Notes under the pieces: model-generated | Database searches by the model: none | What the model was told of the DNA's origin: nothing | The model's input: the letters and a program-made list of their open reading frames with translations, nothing else | Translations under genes and position numbers: made by a program | Source: Octopus vulgaris | Lineage: Eukaryota | DNA: 64,000 nucleotides | NCBI GenBank assembly: GCA_951406725.2 | Contig: OX597814.1 | Coordinates: 172,360,001-172,424,000, forward strand | Reading direction: 5' to 3' | Shown here: piece by piece, positions 28,513 to 38,635 of the stretch | Layout of the letters: each line of letters opens with the position of its first letter | Position numbering within the stretch: position 1 is the stretch's first letter

Positions 28513-29288
28513 TAATCTTTTTCTTATTCTTTCTATTGCTACCGTTGTAACTGCGATTACTTAGTCCCAGGTAAGCTCTGATCAAACAGACATTTATTCA
28601 ACAGCATTCCAACCACGGACATCCAGTTTTTTTCTAAAGTTATGTAAGAAAGCTTTGTCTTATATCTCCTATCCTTGTATTATGCTTCATGAATTATAAA
28701 TAAATTTCAAGATTTCGATTATTCAAAAGATTGAGAATGGAAAATATTTTGTTATAAATGTCTACCTACCTGTTAAATTCACTGATATTGCTAGGAATAT
28801 AACGCGATAACCTAAAAGCAGAGTAGTTCAGTATCGAAAACATAATCATCTCCATTAATAATTCCAGAATGAATGAGTATGCTATTTTCTGAAGAAGTAC
28901 AACATCCTATTACAGATATTTTGCATTTTGGAAAAAGATTGGAATGAATGGATTCTGGAGATACTTCTGTCGATAGTCATCACAGAATTTCCAGTTACTA
29001 TGTAGCTATTAGTTCCGTGTGCTTATTTACTGTCACGACAAGATTACATGAAAGTTGGATACTACGAAAGAACAAATAGAGACTGCAAACTGGTAGTAGA
29101 ATAAGTAAAATGTTCTACTCTGAACAAGTTTTTTTTATCTGGTACGTGTGAACGGAATAGCAAACAGCGCGAGAGTGAAGGATTTGAATGAAAGTGGGTT
29201 GATGCTACAGGGTGTGACATATATTATTGAGAGCTATAGTTTTTAAATTTCTATTGACAGAATAAAATATATATCAATCATATAATTA

Positions 29289-29639
29289 AAAAAAAAAGGG
29301 TGACTCCTTTCTGTCATGAATGACCATGGTATTGCACCTAGAAGGTTACCCTCCGAGGCACAAGTCCGGGCAAGGTCGTTTGTGAAAGACCAGTAGTCGC
29401 CTATGCATACCAGCCTTCACTCTTCACGCCACTGATGTTATCCAAGGGAAAGACAAAGGCTGATACAGCTTGGCACCAGTGACGTCGCAACTCATTTCTA
29501 CAGCTGAGTTAACTGGAGCAACGTGAAATAAAGAGTCTTGCTCAAGAACACAACACGCAGCCCGGTCCGGGAATCGAACTCACAACCTCACGATCGTAAG
29601 CTCGAAGCTCTAACCACTGAGCCATGCGCCTACACTAAG
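29289..29639 (-). mobile_element. SINE family D (tRNA head), with TSD
   Basis: Minus strand: aggcgcatggctcagtggttagagc...gagttcgattccc...ttgagcaagac...ctcagctgtagaaatgag. TSD catataatta at 29279-29288 and 29640-29649. Confidence 0.85.
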
Positions 29640-29707
29640 CATATAATTACCTGTATGAATATTATCCATTATATCTACACACACATTTAACACATTTATA
29701 TATTAAA

Positions 29708-30095
29708 CTAGCAGTATCACCCGGCGTTGCTCAGGGTTTGTAAGGGAAATAATTTTTAGAGAGTTATAGCCAAAAAATAGCAAAAAAATGCATTAAAAAT
29801 GGAAAAAAAATTATGGTAAATTTTTTTTTAAATCGTTGACTCATCGTAGACATTTTTAGATAGTTACTTCCCTTATATAATAGCGAAAAAATGCATTAAA
29901 ATGGAAAAAAATTATGGTAAATTTTTTTTAAAATCGTAGACTCATCATAGACGCGCGCTAATACCTAGAAGGGCTCGATATGAATCATGACTATAAGATA
30001 CCCGGTTTTGGTTAAACTGCACCGCAAAATGTGGGAGTAGTTAGGAATCTAAATCGTAGGAGACAGACACACAACCTTACTTTTATATATAAAGA
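29708..30095 (-). mobile_element. Non-autonomous Helitron
   Basis: The minus strand starts A|TCtttatatataaaag and ends ccctgagcaacgccgggtgatactgCTAG|T with a subterminal hairpin. It contains an internal ~100-bp tandem duplication. Confidence 0.85.
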
Positions 30096-31218
30096 TTAGC
30101 ATAAAAGCCGCACGATAGGGCGGCTTTTAAGCTAGCTCCAGTGGAGTGCTCTTCATTGGGCCTCGAGCCCAACAACGATACTTCATGCATTGAGTACGTA
30201 TTAAATTTTATTAAACTTGAACAATATTTTTCAAGCAATGAACAATTTTCATCAAAACAATGATATAATTTGTCGACTTGGAACTTATTGCAAAGCTGCA
30301 TGATAAACAACATTTTTTTGTCTTCCCATTCGGGACTCAGTGCAATAGTTTTTCTGACTAACCTCTTCCTTTCTCTCTTTCTCTCCCCCCCTCTCTCTCT
30401 CTCTCTCTCTTTCTGTTGAATGTTTTCAACCATCACCAGTACCACCACCACCATCGCCACCACAGCTGCTGTACACAAACCATTCAGACTCCCGACGCCA
30501 CCACCATCAATACCTTGGACATCGGCGGATTCCACTTCACCATCACCACCACCACTGTCTTTCACATCGCTTACAATCACCGTCATCCCTGACCTCGGCT
30601 ACCACCACCAGCACAACCACCATCGCCTCCTCCTCTATCACAACTACACCTCATACTATTACTATCAACACATTACCATCACAACCGTCAATCTACTACC
30701 GCCCTCACTGTCACTATGCCTACTATTACTCTCATCCCAGCCGGAGGAATAGTAGAAGTGTCATTGAATAGTGAGAGAGGGGAGTCGAAGTGTGACACAC
30801 TGACACAGAGAAGTTCGTTTTGGCATTTGTTATTATAGATGATGTGTGTGCTTGTGATGTGTGCATGCGTGAATTTGTGTCTGTGAGTGCGTGCGTTGGT
30901 GAGTTCTTCTCTACGGCAAGGGAGAGAATCCTTTTGCCATGAAACTATATTTTTTACACACACACACACATATATATATACATAAACACCTATGTACACA
31001 CATACACACAACTATGTATACACTCAGACATATTTATATATATATATGTTCTCGTTCAATGCTGTAAATGAGGTGTAGATAGACAGCCGACAACTGATGA
31101 ATGGTCGTTCTTTATGTTACTTGTCTTGTTTTCCATTTGTTTCTCTCCTTGTTTGCAAACCCAACTTTGTTTTCGTATTTCATGTTATCCACGTTTTGTG
31201 ACGTCCTGTACCCACATA

Positions 31219-31262
<44 letters not shown>

Positions 31263-31421
31263 GTAATAAATAAAATATATGCATACATACATACATATAT
31301 ATACGTACCTACATCTACATGTATATATACATGCATATGTCACATTTTTTCTTTCCTTGTTTTTAACCCTCTGCAAGGGAATTTTATTTAATTCCCTCGC
31401 AGGAAGGACCGGTCCGGCGAT

Positions 31422-31484
31422 CGTGTTCTGTCCTTATCTTCGAAACACGCATGGAGTCGAACCGGGGACAGCTGATGAAGGGGA
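31422..31484 (+). ncRNA. Candidate non-circularly permuted hammerhead ribozyme within a Penelope-like repeat (about 31040-31740)
   Basis: cgtg-TT-ctgtcc (31422-33), tcttc-GAAA-cacg (31437-49) and ggacag-CTGATGA-a-gggga (31466-84). All three HHR helices can form, but the strand order is scrambled. Confidence 0.55.
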
Positions 31485-31698
31485 ATGTTCCTTGTGTTGT
31501 TTGTCCTGTGTTCTGTTTTTTCGTTGTTAAAAAAAGTCCGTTCCCTTGTTTTTATGTTTTCGTTTCTCGTTGAGTTCTACGTCTATTTGTGGTGTCCTGT
31601 ACTAACATATATATATTTATATATGCATGTATATATACATGTAGATGTAGGTACGTACATATATGTATGTATGTATGCATATATTTTATTTATTACAT

Positions 31699-31746
<48 letters not shown>

Positions 31747-31750
31747 TGTA

Positions 31751-31791
<41 letters not shown>

Positions 31792-31941
31792 TATTGTGTT
31801 TGCATGTGTGTATGTTGCACATTGTATTGTGTGTATGTGCATGTATGTATAATTCTTTATGGGGGTCTATATGTCTCTGCATGTATTCATGTGTATATCA
31901 TTGCATACATTCATGTGTGCATGTGTATGTATGTATGTATA

Positions 31942-32080
31942 TGAAGGGCATCCAGCCGTAGAAACATTGCCAGATCAGACTGGACCTGGAGCAGCCTTCT
32001 GGCTTCCCAGACCCCAGTTGCACCGTCCAACCCATGCCAGCATGGAAAGCGGACGCTAAACGATGATGATGATGATGATT
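31942..32080 (+). mobile_element. 3' half of a SINE or RTE-associated retroposon (family E)
   Basis: gaagggcatccagccgtagaaac...acccatgccagcatggaaagcggacgctaaac followed by a (GAT)n tail. Confidence 0.6.
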
Positions 32081-32697
32081 ATGTATATGTATATATGCAC
32101 ATACACGCACGTGCAAACACTTTCACACACACACACACACACTGCGCGTGTGCATTAGCATGTATGTGTATGCATATAATACATTCATCTAAGTATAGAT
32201 TTCATTTCGGCCAATGTCGGCGAACGATACAATAAAAGGCTGCAGGAAAATAAGGTAAGAAATGGGAAGGTATACTCGAGACTAAGATATTGACAGCTGG
32301 CTCCAGACATTCGCTGGCGACACATTGACTGCCAAGATAGACGTTAGCTAACTTAAGCCTTATCTGTTTTCAACTCTATCAGCCTTTCTGTCTCTGACTC
32401 TGTGTTCTTGCTAAGAGCCACCACTTTCACCAACCTGAATATAATTATTCGGCAGAAAATACTTACGACCCGACAAAGGTAGTTGCCGTATGAGCATACT
32501 TAAGTGAAATATGCACGTGCCTGCGCGTCGTGCATACACAAGTATACAAGACCCACAATAACACACGCACAAGTGTGATGTGTATGTGCTGTGCGTGTAT
32601 GTATATTCATAATTATGCTTATGTTTATATATATGTATGTGCGTATGTGTGTGTGTGTGTATGTTTAAAAATATATATACATATACACATACACACA

Positions 32698-32779
<82 letters not shown>

Positions 32780-32872
32780 ATCCAAACAATAAAACACAAA
32801 AAAAACAACAACGCGAGGACGTGGAACAAATATAGTATTATTGGACGCTCAGGAAAGAAGGGAAGAAGGAGG

Positions 32873-32907
32873 GTTTAACGTTTCGAGCGGAGCTCTTCGT
32901 CGGAAAC
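32873..32907 (-). ncRNA. Variant minimal hammerhead (core CCGACGA) in a Penelope-like fragment at about 32775-32962
   Basis: Minus strand: gttt-CCGACGA-a-gagc-tcc-gctc-GAAA-cgt-TA-aac, with the palindrome AACGTT in stem III. Confidence 0.65.
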
Positions 32908-32999
32908 ATAGGAGAAGGAAAGATCCCGAGAAGGGAAGACAGGGGAAAAAATCGTTAACGGCATATATATATATGTATGTATGTATGTATGTATGCATA

Positions 33000-33080
<81 letters not shown>

Positions 33081-33175
33081 TATATATATATGTATCACCT
33101 AACTGACCGGATGTTTTGCGTTCTTGTCCCATTTTGTATTTTATATACATACATACATACATACATATATATATA

Positions 33176-33212
<37 letters not shown>

Positions 33213-33231
33213 GTGTGTGTGTGTGTGTGGC

Positions 33232-33480
33232 TTGTTGTCAACTTAATGTGGCATTCCCAGGTAAGGGAAGAATGCTGCTGTTATTTAACCCAAAGAAACA
33301 CCGTTTCTAGTTTCCTACGCGACACGAGCGTTGTGTGTCCTAATATTTTCAAGCAAGGGAGATAAACACCTCCATCCAGCAAAGCCAGCGTTCAGAGACA
33401 AGTACCAGGCTTATTGCACTTCATCAGTCTGGAGTAGCGAGGCCTTGCTAGATTTCACTGCTAATCTGCTGTTGAAAACT
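33232..33480 (-). mobile_element. Penelope-like terminal fragment: broken HHR (33393-33431) plus four-hairpin module
   Basis: Minus strand: caga-CTGATGA-a-gtgc...gtac-[GAAAC missing]-ttGTC-tctg, followed by a segment homologous to 36958-37095. Confidence 0.55.
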
Positions 33481-33684
33481 CATAGAATTTCCAGTGAAAT
33501 ACATTCACTTATCTTAGCTATTTATATATGTCTATGTGTTTATCTTTTTTTTTTTTATTTCTCTCTATGTATCTATCTATAAATCTATCTATCCACCAAT
33601 TCTAACACACGCACACACTCAGACACAGATACACAGACAGAAACACACTGGCGATTTCTTCTTCTTTAGACTTTTCCTTTCTCC

Positions 33685-33717
33685 ATTCCGACGAAGAGGT
33701 CTGCTCGAAACGTTAAA
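33685..33717 (+). ncRNA. Variant minimal hammerhead (core CCGACGA), diverged copy
   Basis: tt-CCGACGA-a-gag-gtctg-ctc-GAAA-cgt-TA-aa; same family as 32873. Confidence 0.55.
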
Positions 33718-34222
33718 CTCTCTCCATTATCGGAGTTTCGTGCTAATACATTTCTTGTGCATGTCCTCGGGTTCGTTTGTTTTTCTTTCTTTTCTTTTTT
33801 TTTTATTCGTTTATTTGAATTGACTAGACACGCTTACGCGCACACACACATATTCATATGTATATGTAATTTTTGGGACTCATGGCTATATGTCAATTAG
33901 TGTGTCGAGTAAAGCATGTTCACAGTTTGGGCTATCTGATGCCATCCATGGCTGGAATATATTTCCTCTGGATCAACTTCAGGAATTCCGCAGTGTTAGT
34001 TGAGATAATAATAACTGGTGAAGGAAACGGAAGGTTTAGCACTAGCCTTTATTCAGTACGATGATCATTTCGATCCACCCTGAAGCTGTCTGTTACGTGT
34101 GCCCCTAATTGTGTTGCATCAATCTGTGTAACATTAGGTACATGCATGAAGAAGGGGATGACCCACTAGATATAGTGAGTTGTCCTAGGCATGTTGTTCC
34201 TGCTCGCTGTATTTTGGTTATG

Positions 34223-34605
34223 GTGGAGGCGCAATGGCCCAGTGGTTAGGGCAGCGGACTCGCGGTCATAGGATCGCGGTTTCGATTCCCAGACCGGGCG
34301 TTGTGAGTGTTTATTGAGCGAAAACACCTAAAGCTCCACGAGGCTCCGGCAGGGGATGGTGGTGATCCCTGCTGTACTCTTTCACCACAACTTTCTCTCA
34401 CTCTTACTTCCTGTTTCTGTTGTACCTGTATTTCAAAGGGCCGGCCTTGTCACTCTCTGTGTCATGCTGAATATCCCCGAGAAGTACGTTAAGGGTACAC
34501 GTGTCTGTTAATTTCACGTTAATTTCACGAGCAGGCTGTTCCGTTGATTCGGATCAACCGGAACCCTCGTCGTGGTAACCGACGGAGTGTTTCCAAATCT
34601 AATCC
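34223..34605 (+). mobile_element. SINE family C with an alternative 3' domain, with TSD
   Basis: tRNA-like head (tggcccagtgg / ggtttcgattccc). TSD attttggttatg at 34211-34222 and 34606-34617. Confidence 0.9.
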
Positions 34606-34840
34606 ATTTTGGTTATGACCGGCTACAGTTTTCCGTGGGTATCTATTATAATATCTATTATAATTATGAGCATGTTTGTAAGCTTGTCCAAAATCACGCA
34701 ATAAGGGAGTAACAGAGTACGTAAGAGTAAAAAAGGAGAAAAGACAAAATGGTAATAACAATGAGAGAGAATGGTATCAAACAGCGCCTCTCGCTCTCTT
34801 TCTGAACGCTGCCTCACTCTCTTTCTCTGACTCTCTCAAA

Positions 34841-34916
<76 letters not shown>

Positions 34917-34923
34917 GTCTATA

Positions 34924-35054
34924 CAGGGTGTCCCAAAAAAATGTATACACACCTTAAATAATTGTAAATTTGTTATTCTTTGTAAACCTAGTACTTATTC
35001 TATCGTTCTCTTTTGCCGAACCACTATGTGTATACATTTTTTTGGGACACCCTG
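34924..35054. mobile_element. Tc1/mariner-type MITE containing a SINE-A fragment
   Basis: TA|cagggtgtcccaaaaaaatgtatacaca ... tgtgtatacatttttttgggacaccctg|TA: 28-bp TIRs with TA on both sides. Confidence 0.85.
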
Positions 35055-35605
35055 TATATCTATCTACAGACACACACACTCTCTCTCTCTCACTTTTTGA
35101 CTCACACTCTCTCTCTTTCTCTCTCTCTCTCAACAACAACACGATGAAGGCTGATTTTTTTTTCTTCTGGTAAACATTAATGACAATATATAGGATAAGT
35201 AAAGAAGATTTCTGCACCTGTAAATTATTTTTTCGGTATCTCTATGGATGTTTCACGGTTCTGGGAGATTTTTCTGCTTAAACAGTTGCAAAGTTAATAG
35301 AATATAAGATAAGTATTAATTTTTAAGTCATAAAATTACAATATTTTCTATTGAAAGAAAGCTTGGTAATGTTGTCTGTTTAAAGAAAGCTAAATATAAA
35401 AGAAAGGTAATTATAAATATTTACAAATACTTGCCGATACAGTAATGTTTATAAATATTTATAAATGAAGAATTTTGCCAAGGCGATGAAGTTTGCCTTC
35501 AAGATCTTTTCCGTTTCAGGCAGTAAAGAGAGTGAGAGTGTGTGCGTGAGTGAGAGATAGAGAGATGGGGGAGAGAAAGCGAGACACAAATAGATAGAGA
35601 ACACG

Positions 35606-36038
35606 GGATATTTTCGGTTTGAACGGCAGTTTTTTAAAATAATTTCCACGTAACTAAACACTTTTAAACTCCGTATACTGGTAGAATGTGTTTATAAAAC
35701 ATCTTTTTCTCTTGGCTTTATTGAGAAAATTCTATAGTTTGTAAGATATTTGTTGTTTCTTTCTTCAATTTCTGCAATTTCAACCAATCAATGACGTCTA
35801 TTGAGGTGAAAACATTCTATGCCGTATGAATATGTCCCTCGTTTAAGAAACAGATTGGGTTTATTTACATTTTTGAAGAAAAAAAAAGATACCCTTCCCC
35901 CAACCACTAACCCTAACCCTAACTAAACCTAACCCTAAAATAGATTGAAATGCAATAGAGCGATACTAGGGTCATAATTATTGGTGACAATTTCATATGA
36001 CAAAGCTAAAAAACCTGCCGTTCAAACCGAAAAGATCC
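35606..36038. mobile_element. MITE with ~30-bp TIRs and internal (CCCTAA)-like repeats
   Basis: ggatattttcggtttgaacggcagtttttt ... aaaaaacctgccgttcaaaccgaaaagatcc. Confidence 0.8.
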
Positions 36039-36199
36039 AGAATGCGTAGTCATTGCTGGAAAAAAATAAGTATCTGAGTATATACCGTTAATGTAATCCT
36101 GTGTAATGTTGGACTTTGTATAGTTACATAAATATAAACAAACTAACGGACTACCGCCCACACACAAATACACTCATTTGATTTGGAGTTTGTGTTCCG

Positions 36200-36802
36200 T
36201 TGTATTAAATATACTCATCCACCTGGTATGGAGAATGAATTAGACAGAAGGCGACGGTTAGCCAGTGTGAGAAAAAGGCAAAGAACAGCTAGTCTCACTC
36301 AGGAAGAACTGAACGCAGAAAGATTAACTACATTAAGGTTATTGAATCAATCACAAGAAGTAAGACAAGAGAGACGAGCGCAAGACGCATGAAGACAGGC
36401 TGGAAGACACCAAAATGAAAAGAAGCGCCTAACTTCACAAAGGAGCGATATCCATAGAGAGAGAACAGCACAAAAGCGCCAAGATGGAACAGAAGAGCAA
36501 GCAGCAGTGAGGAGAGAATATCTACGAATGAGATCATCGCATAGGCGACAAAATGAAAAGGAAGAGGAATCGGCACAAAGGAGAGAAATCGGAAGAGAGA
36601 GAAGACCGAGGAGAAGAATGGAATAATTAATTAATACTGAAACAGACCATCTGAAACAAAGCGAACTCATTGCTGGTAGGGTTTTTCAGTAGATACGTGG
36701 TGTTGAAGCAATTACTGAGATAGATGTTTGTAAAGTTTTTATTTTAATGTTATTTTCCGTATGATTTTCACGTCGTCACTTCTGGCGGCACGGTTACACT
36801 AG
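36200..36802 (+). mobile_element. Helitron deletion derivative with a degenerate N-terminal R/E/Q-rich repeat coding relic
   Basis: Translates ...NQSQEVRQERRAQDA*RQAGRHQNE... (STPR-like repeats typical of Helitron RepHel N-termini). The 3' end has a hairpin cgtcgtca/tggcggcacg, then ttacaCTAG|T. The 5' boundary is uncertain. Confidence 0.65.
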
Positions 36803-36924
36803 TACAACATAAAATTAAAATCATACAATCATATAAGCATGTACCTGATGTGACACTGACTACACAGATTGATGCAACAAAATCAGATGCACAATATCCT
36901 TCTCATAACGGACAGTTGCAGAAT

Positions 36925-37097
36925 GGCTCGAAACAATCGTCGTATTCAATAAAGACTAGCTGGCTGGAGGTGCTTATCTCCCCCTTGTAAACATAAGGAC
37001 ACGGGAAATGTGTCAAGGCCGACAGGAAGCAGTGATGCTTCCTAGGGCTAAATAGCAGTAGTGTTATTCCCTTCATGGGACTGTCACATTAAGTTTA
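36925..37097 (+). mobile_element. Penelope-like terminal fragment: 3' half of an HHR (GAAAC-aatc-GTC) plus four-hairpin module
   Basis: Homologous to the reverse complement of 33240-33380. Confidence 0.5.
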
Positions 37098-37383
37098 CAG
37101 TATACAACTACTATATGTATATATATGCGTGCGTGTGTGTGTGTGTGTGAGTGCGCGCGCGCGTGTGTGGTTAAAATCTTTCGTAATTCCTTCGGAAGTT
37201 ATATATCGAATTCGTATTTCAAGTAAATGGGTTTTTTTCTTTGACATGAAAACAAAAATTGATTTGAGTTCATTCAAATTTGTTGAATTTTGCGTCATTC
37301 TGTCTCATTTTCTTTATCTTGTTTGTTTGTTATTTTCTCGAAAATCAAAAAGAAGGCACTTGTATAACATAATCATTTGACCG

Positions 37384-37618
37384 TAAGGCAGCGAGCTGGC
37401 AGAAACGTTAGCACGCCGGGTGAAATGCTTAGTGGTATTTCGTCAGCCGCTGCGTTCTGAGTTCAAATTCTGGCGAGGCTGATTTTGCCTTTCATCCTTT
37501 CGGGGTCGATTAAGTAAGTACCAGTTACGCACTGGGGTCGATATAATCGACTTAATCCGTTTGTCTGTCCTTGTTTGTCCTATCTATGTTTAGCCCCTTG
37601 TGGGTAGGATAGAAATAA
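37384..37618 (+). mobile_element. SINE family B, full length
   Basis: Matches the family from head to tail. Confidence 0.92.
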
Positions 37619-37770
37619 TAATTATTTGATCGTGTGCTGTTCAGTTACTCTTTGAAGACTGTCTATGGATCGTATATTTCACTCGTTTCAGACCATGCGG
37701 TTACGCTGGGGCAGCATTTCGAAGTGATGACACCTGTACTTACTTTTAAAAGTCTGGTACCTATTTTATA

Positions 37771-38002
37771 TATTTCTTTACAACCCACAAGGGGCTAAAC
37801 ACAGAGGGGACAAACAAGGACAGACAAACGGATTAAATCGATTACATTGACCCAGTGCGTAACTGGTACTTAATTTATCGACCTCGAAAGGATGAATGGC
37901 AAAGTCGACCTCGGCGGAATTTGAACCCAGAACGTAACGGCAGATGAAATACGGCTACGCATTTCGCCCGGCGTGCTAACGTTTCTGCCAGCTCGCCGCC
38001 TT
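37771..38002 (-). mobile_element. SINE family B, full length, inserted in an old SINE-A relic
   Basis: Flanked by the direct repeat gtctggta(c/t)ctattttata at 37752-37770 and 38007-38025. Confidence 0.92.
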
Positions 38003-38206
38003 ATAGGTCTGGTATCTATTTTATAGGTCTCTCATGCCCAACCGCTACAATACGGGCATGTTAACACACGCACACGTATGTGGACGGGCTTCTTTCAGTT
38101 TCTGTCTACCAAATTCACTCACAGGCTTTGGTAGTCGACACTTGCCTAAGATTCCACGTTGTGGAATTTAATTCGAATTGGAAAGTAAACTCCTTACCAC
38201 ATATAT

Positions 38207-38442
38207 TCTCTAGTTCATATAGTTCTCTAGTTCATATAGTCTCTAGTTCTCTAGTTCATATAGTCCCTAGTTCTCTAGTTCATATAGTCTCTAGTTCTCT
38301 AGTTCATATAGTCTCTAGTTCTCTAGTTCATATAGCCTCTGGTTCTCTAGTTCTTATAGTCTCTAGTTCTCTAGTTCATATAGTCCCTAGTTCTCTAGTT
38401 CATATAGTCTCTAGTTCTCTAGTTCATATAGTCTCTAGTTCT
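38207..38442. repeat. 24-bp minisatellite, about 9 copies
   Basis: Unit ttctctagttcatatagtctctag; explains the SSSLVHIV repeat in ORF 38080-38472. Confidence 0.95.
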
Positions 38443-38489
38443 GGCTACAGACTGGATATAAAATTATTATGAAATAATAAATATTTTCT

Positions 38490-38635
38490 TTTACTTTTAC
38501 TTGTATTTGTTTTAGTCATTTGACTGCGGACATGCTGGAGCATCGCCTTTAGTCGAGAAAATCGACCCAGAGCTTATTCTGTGTAAGCCTAGTACTTATT
38601 CTATCGGTCTCTTTTGCTGAACCGCTAGGTTACGA
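38490..38635 (-). mobile_element. SINE family A, 3' part
   Basis: gtcatttgactgcgg..catgctggagc...gcctagtacttattctatcggtctcttttgc. Confidence 0.85.

Noticed and set aside
30083-30586. 167-aa minus-strand ORF with a complex C-terminal half
   Set aside because: It crosses microsatellites and ends in a Helitron. No recognisable domain, and the length is within chance expectation.
32235-32262. Possible 9-nt microexon cag|GAAAATAAG|gtaaga
   Set aside because: There is no polypyrimidine tract upstream and no supporting neighbouring exons.
34223-34300. tRNA-like sequences with A and B boxes (also ~29560-29635 and 13483-13560)
   Set aside because: They are SINE heads continuous with SINE bodies and TSDs, not complete tRNA cloverleaves.
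35907-35938. Telomere-like CCCTAA/TTAGGG runs (also 7441-7466)
   Set aside because: Only 3-5 imperfect units inside MITE-like elements; not evidence of a telomere or chromosome fusion.
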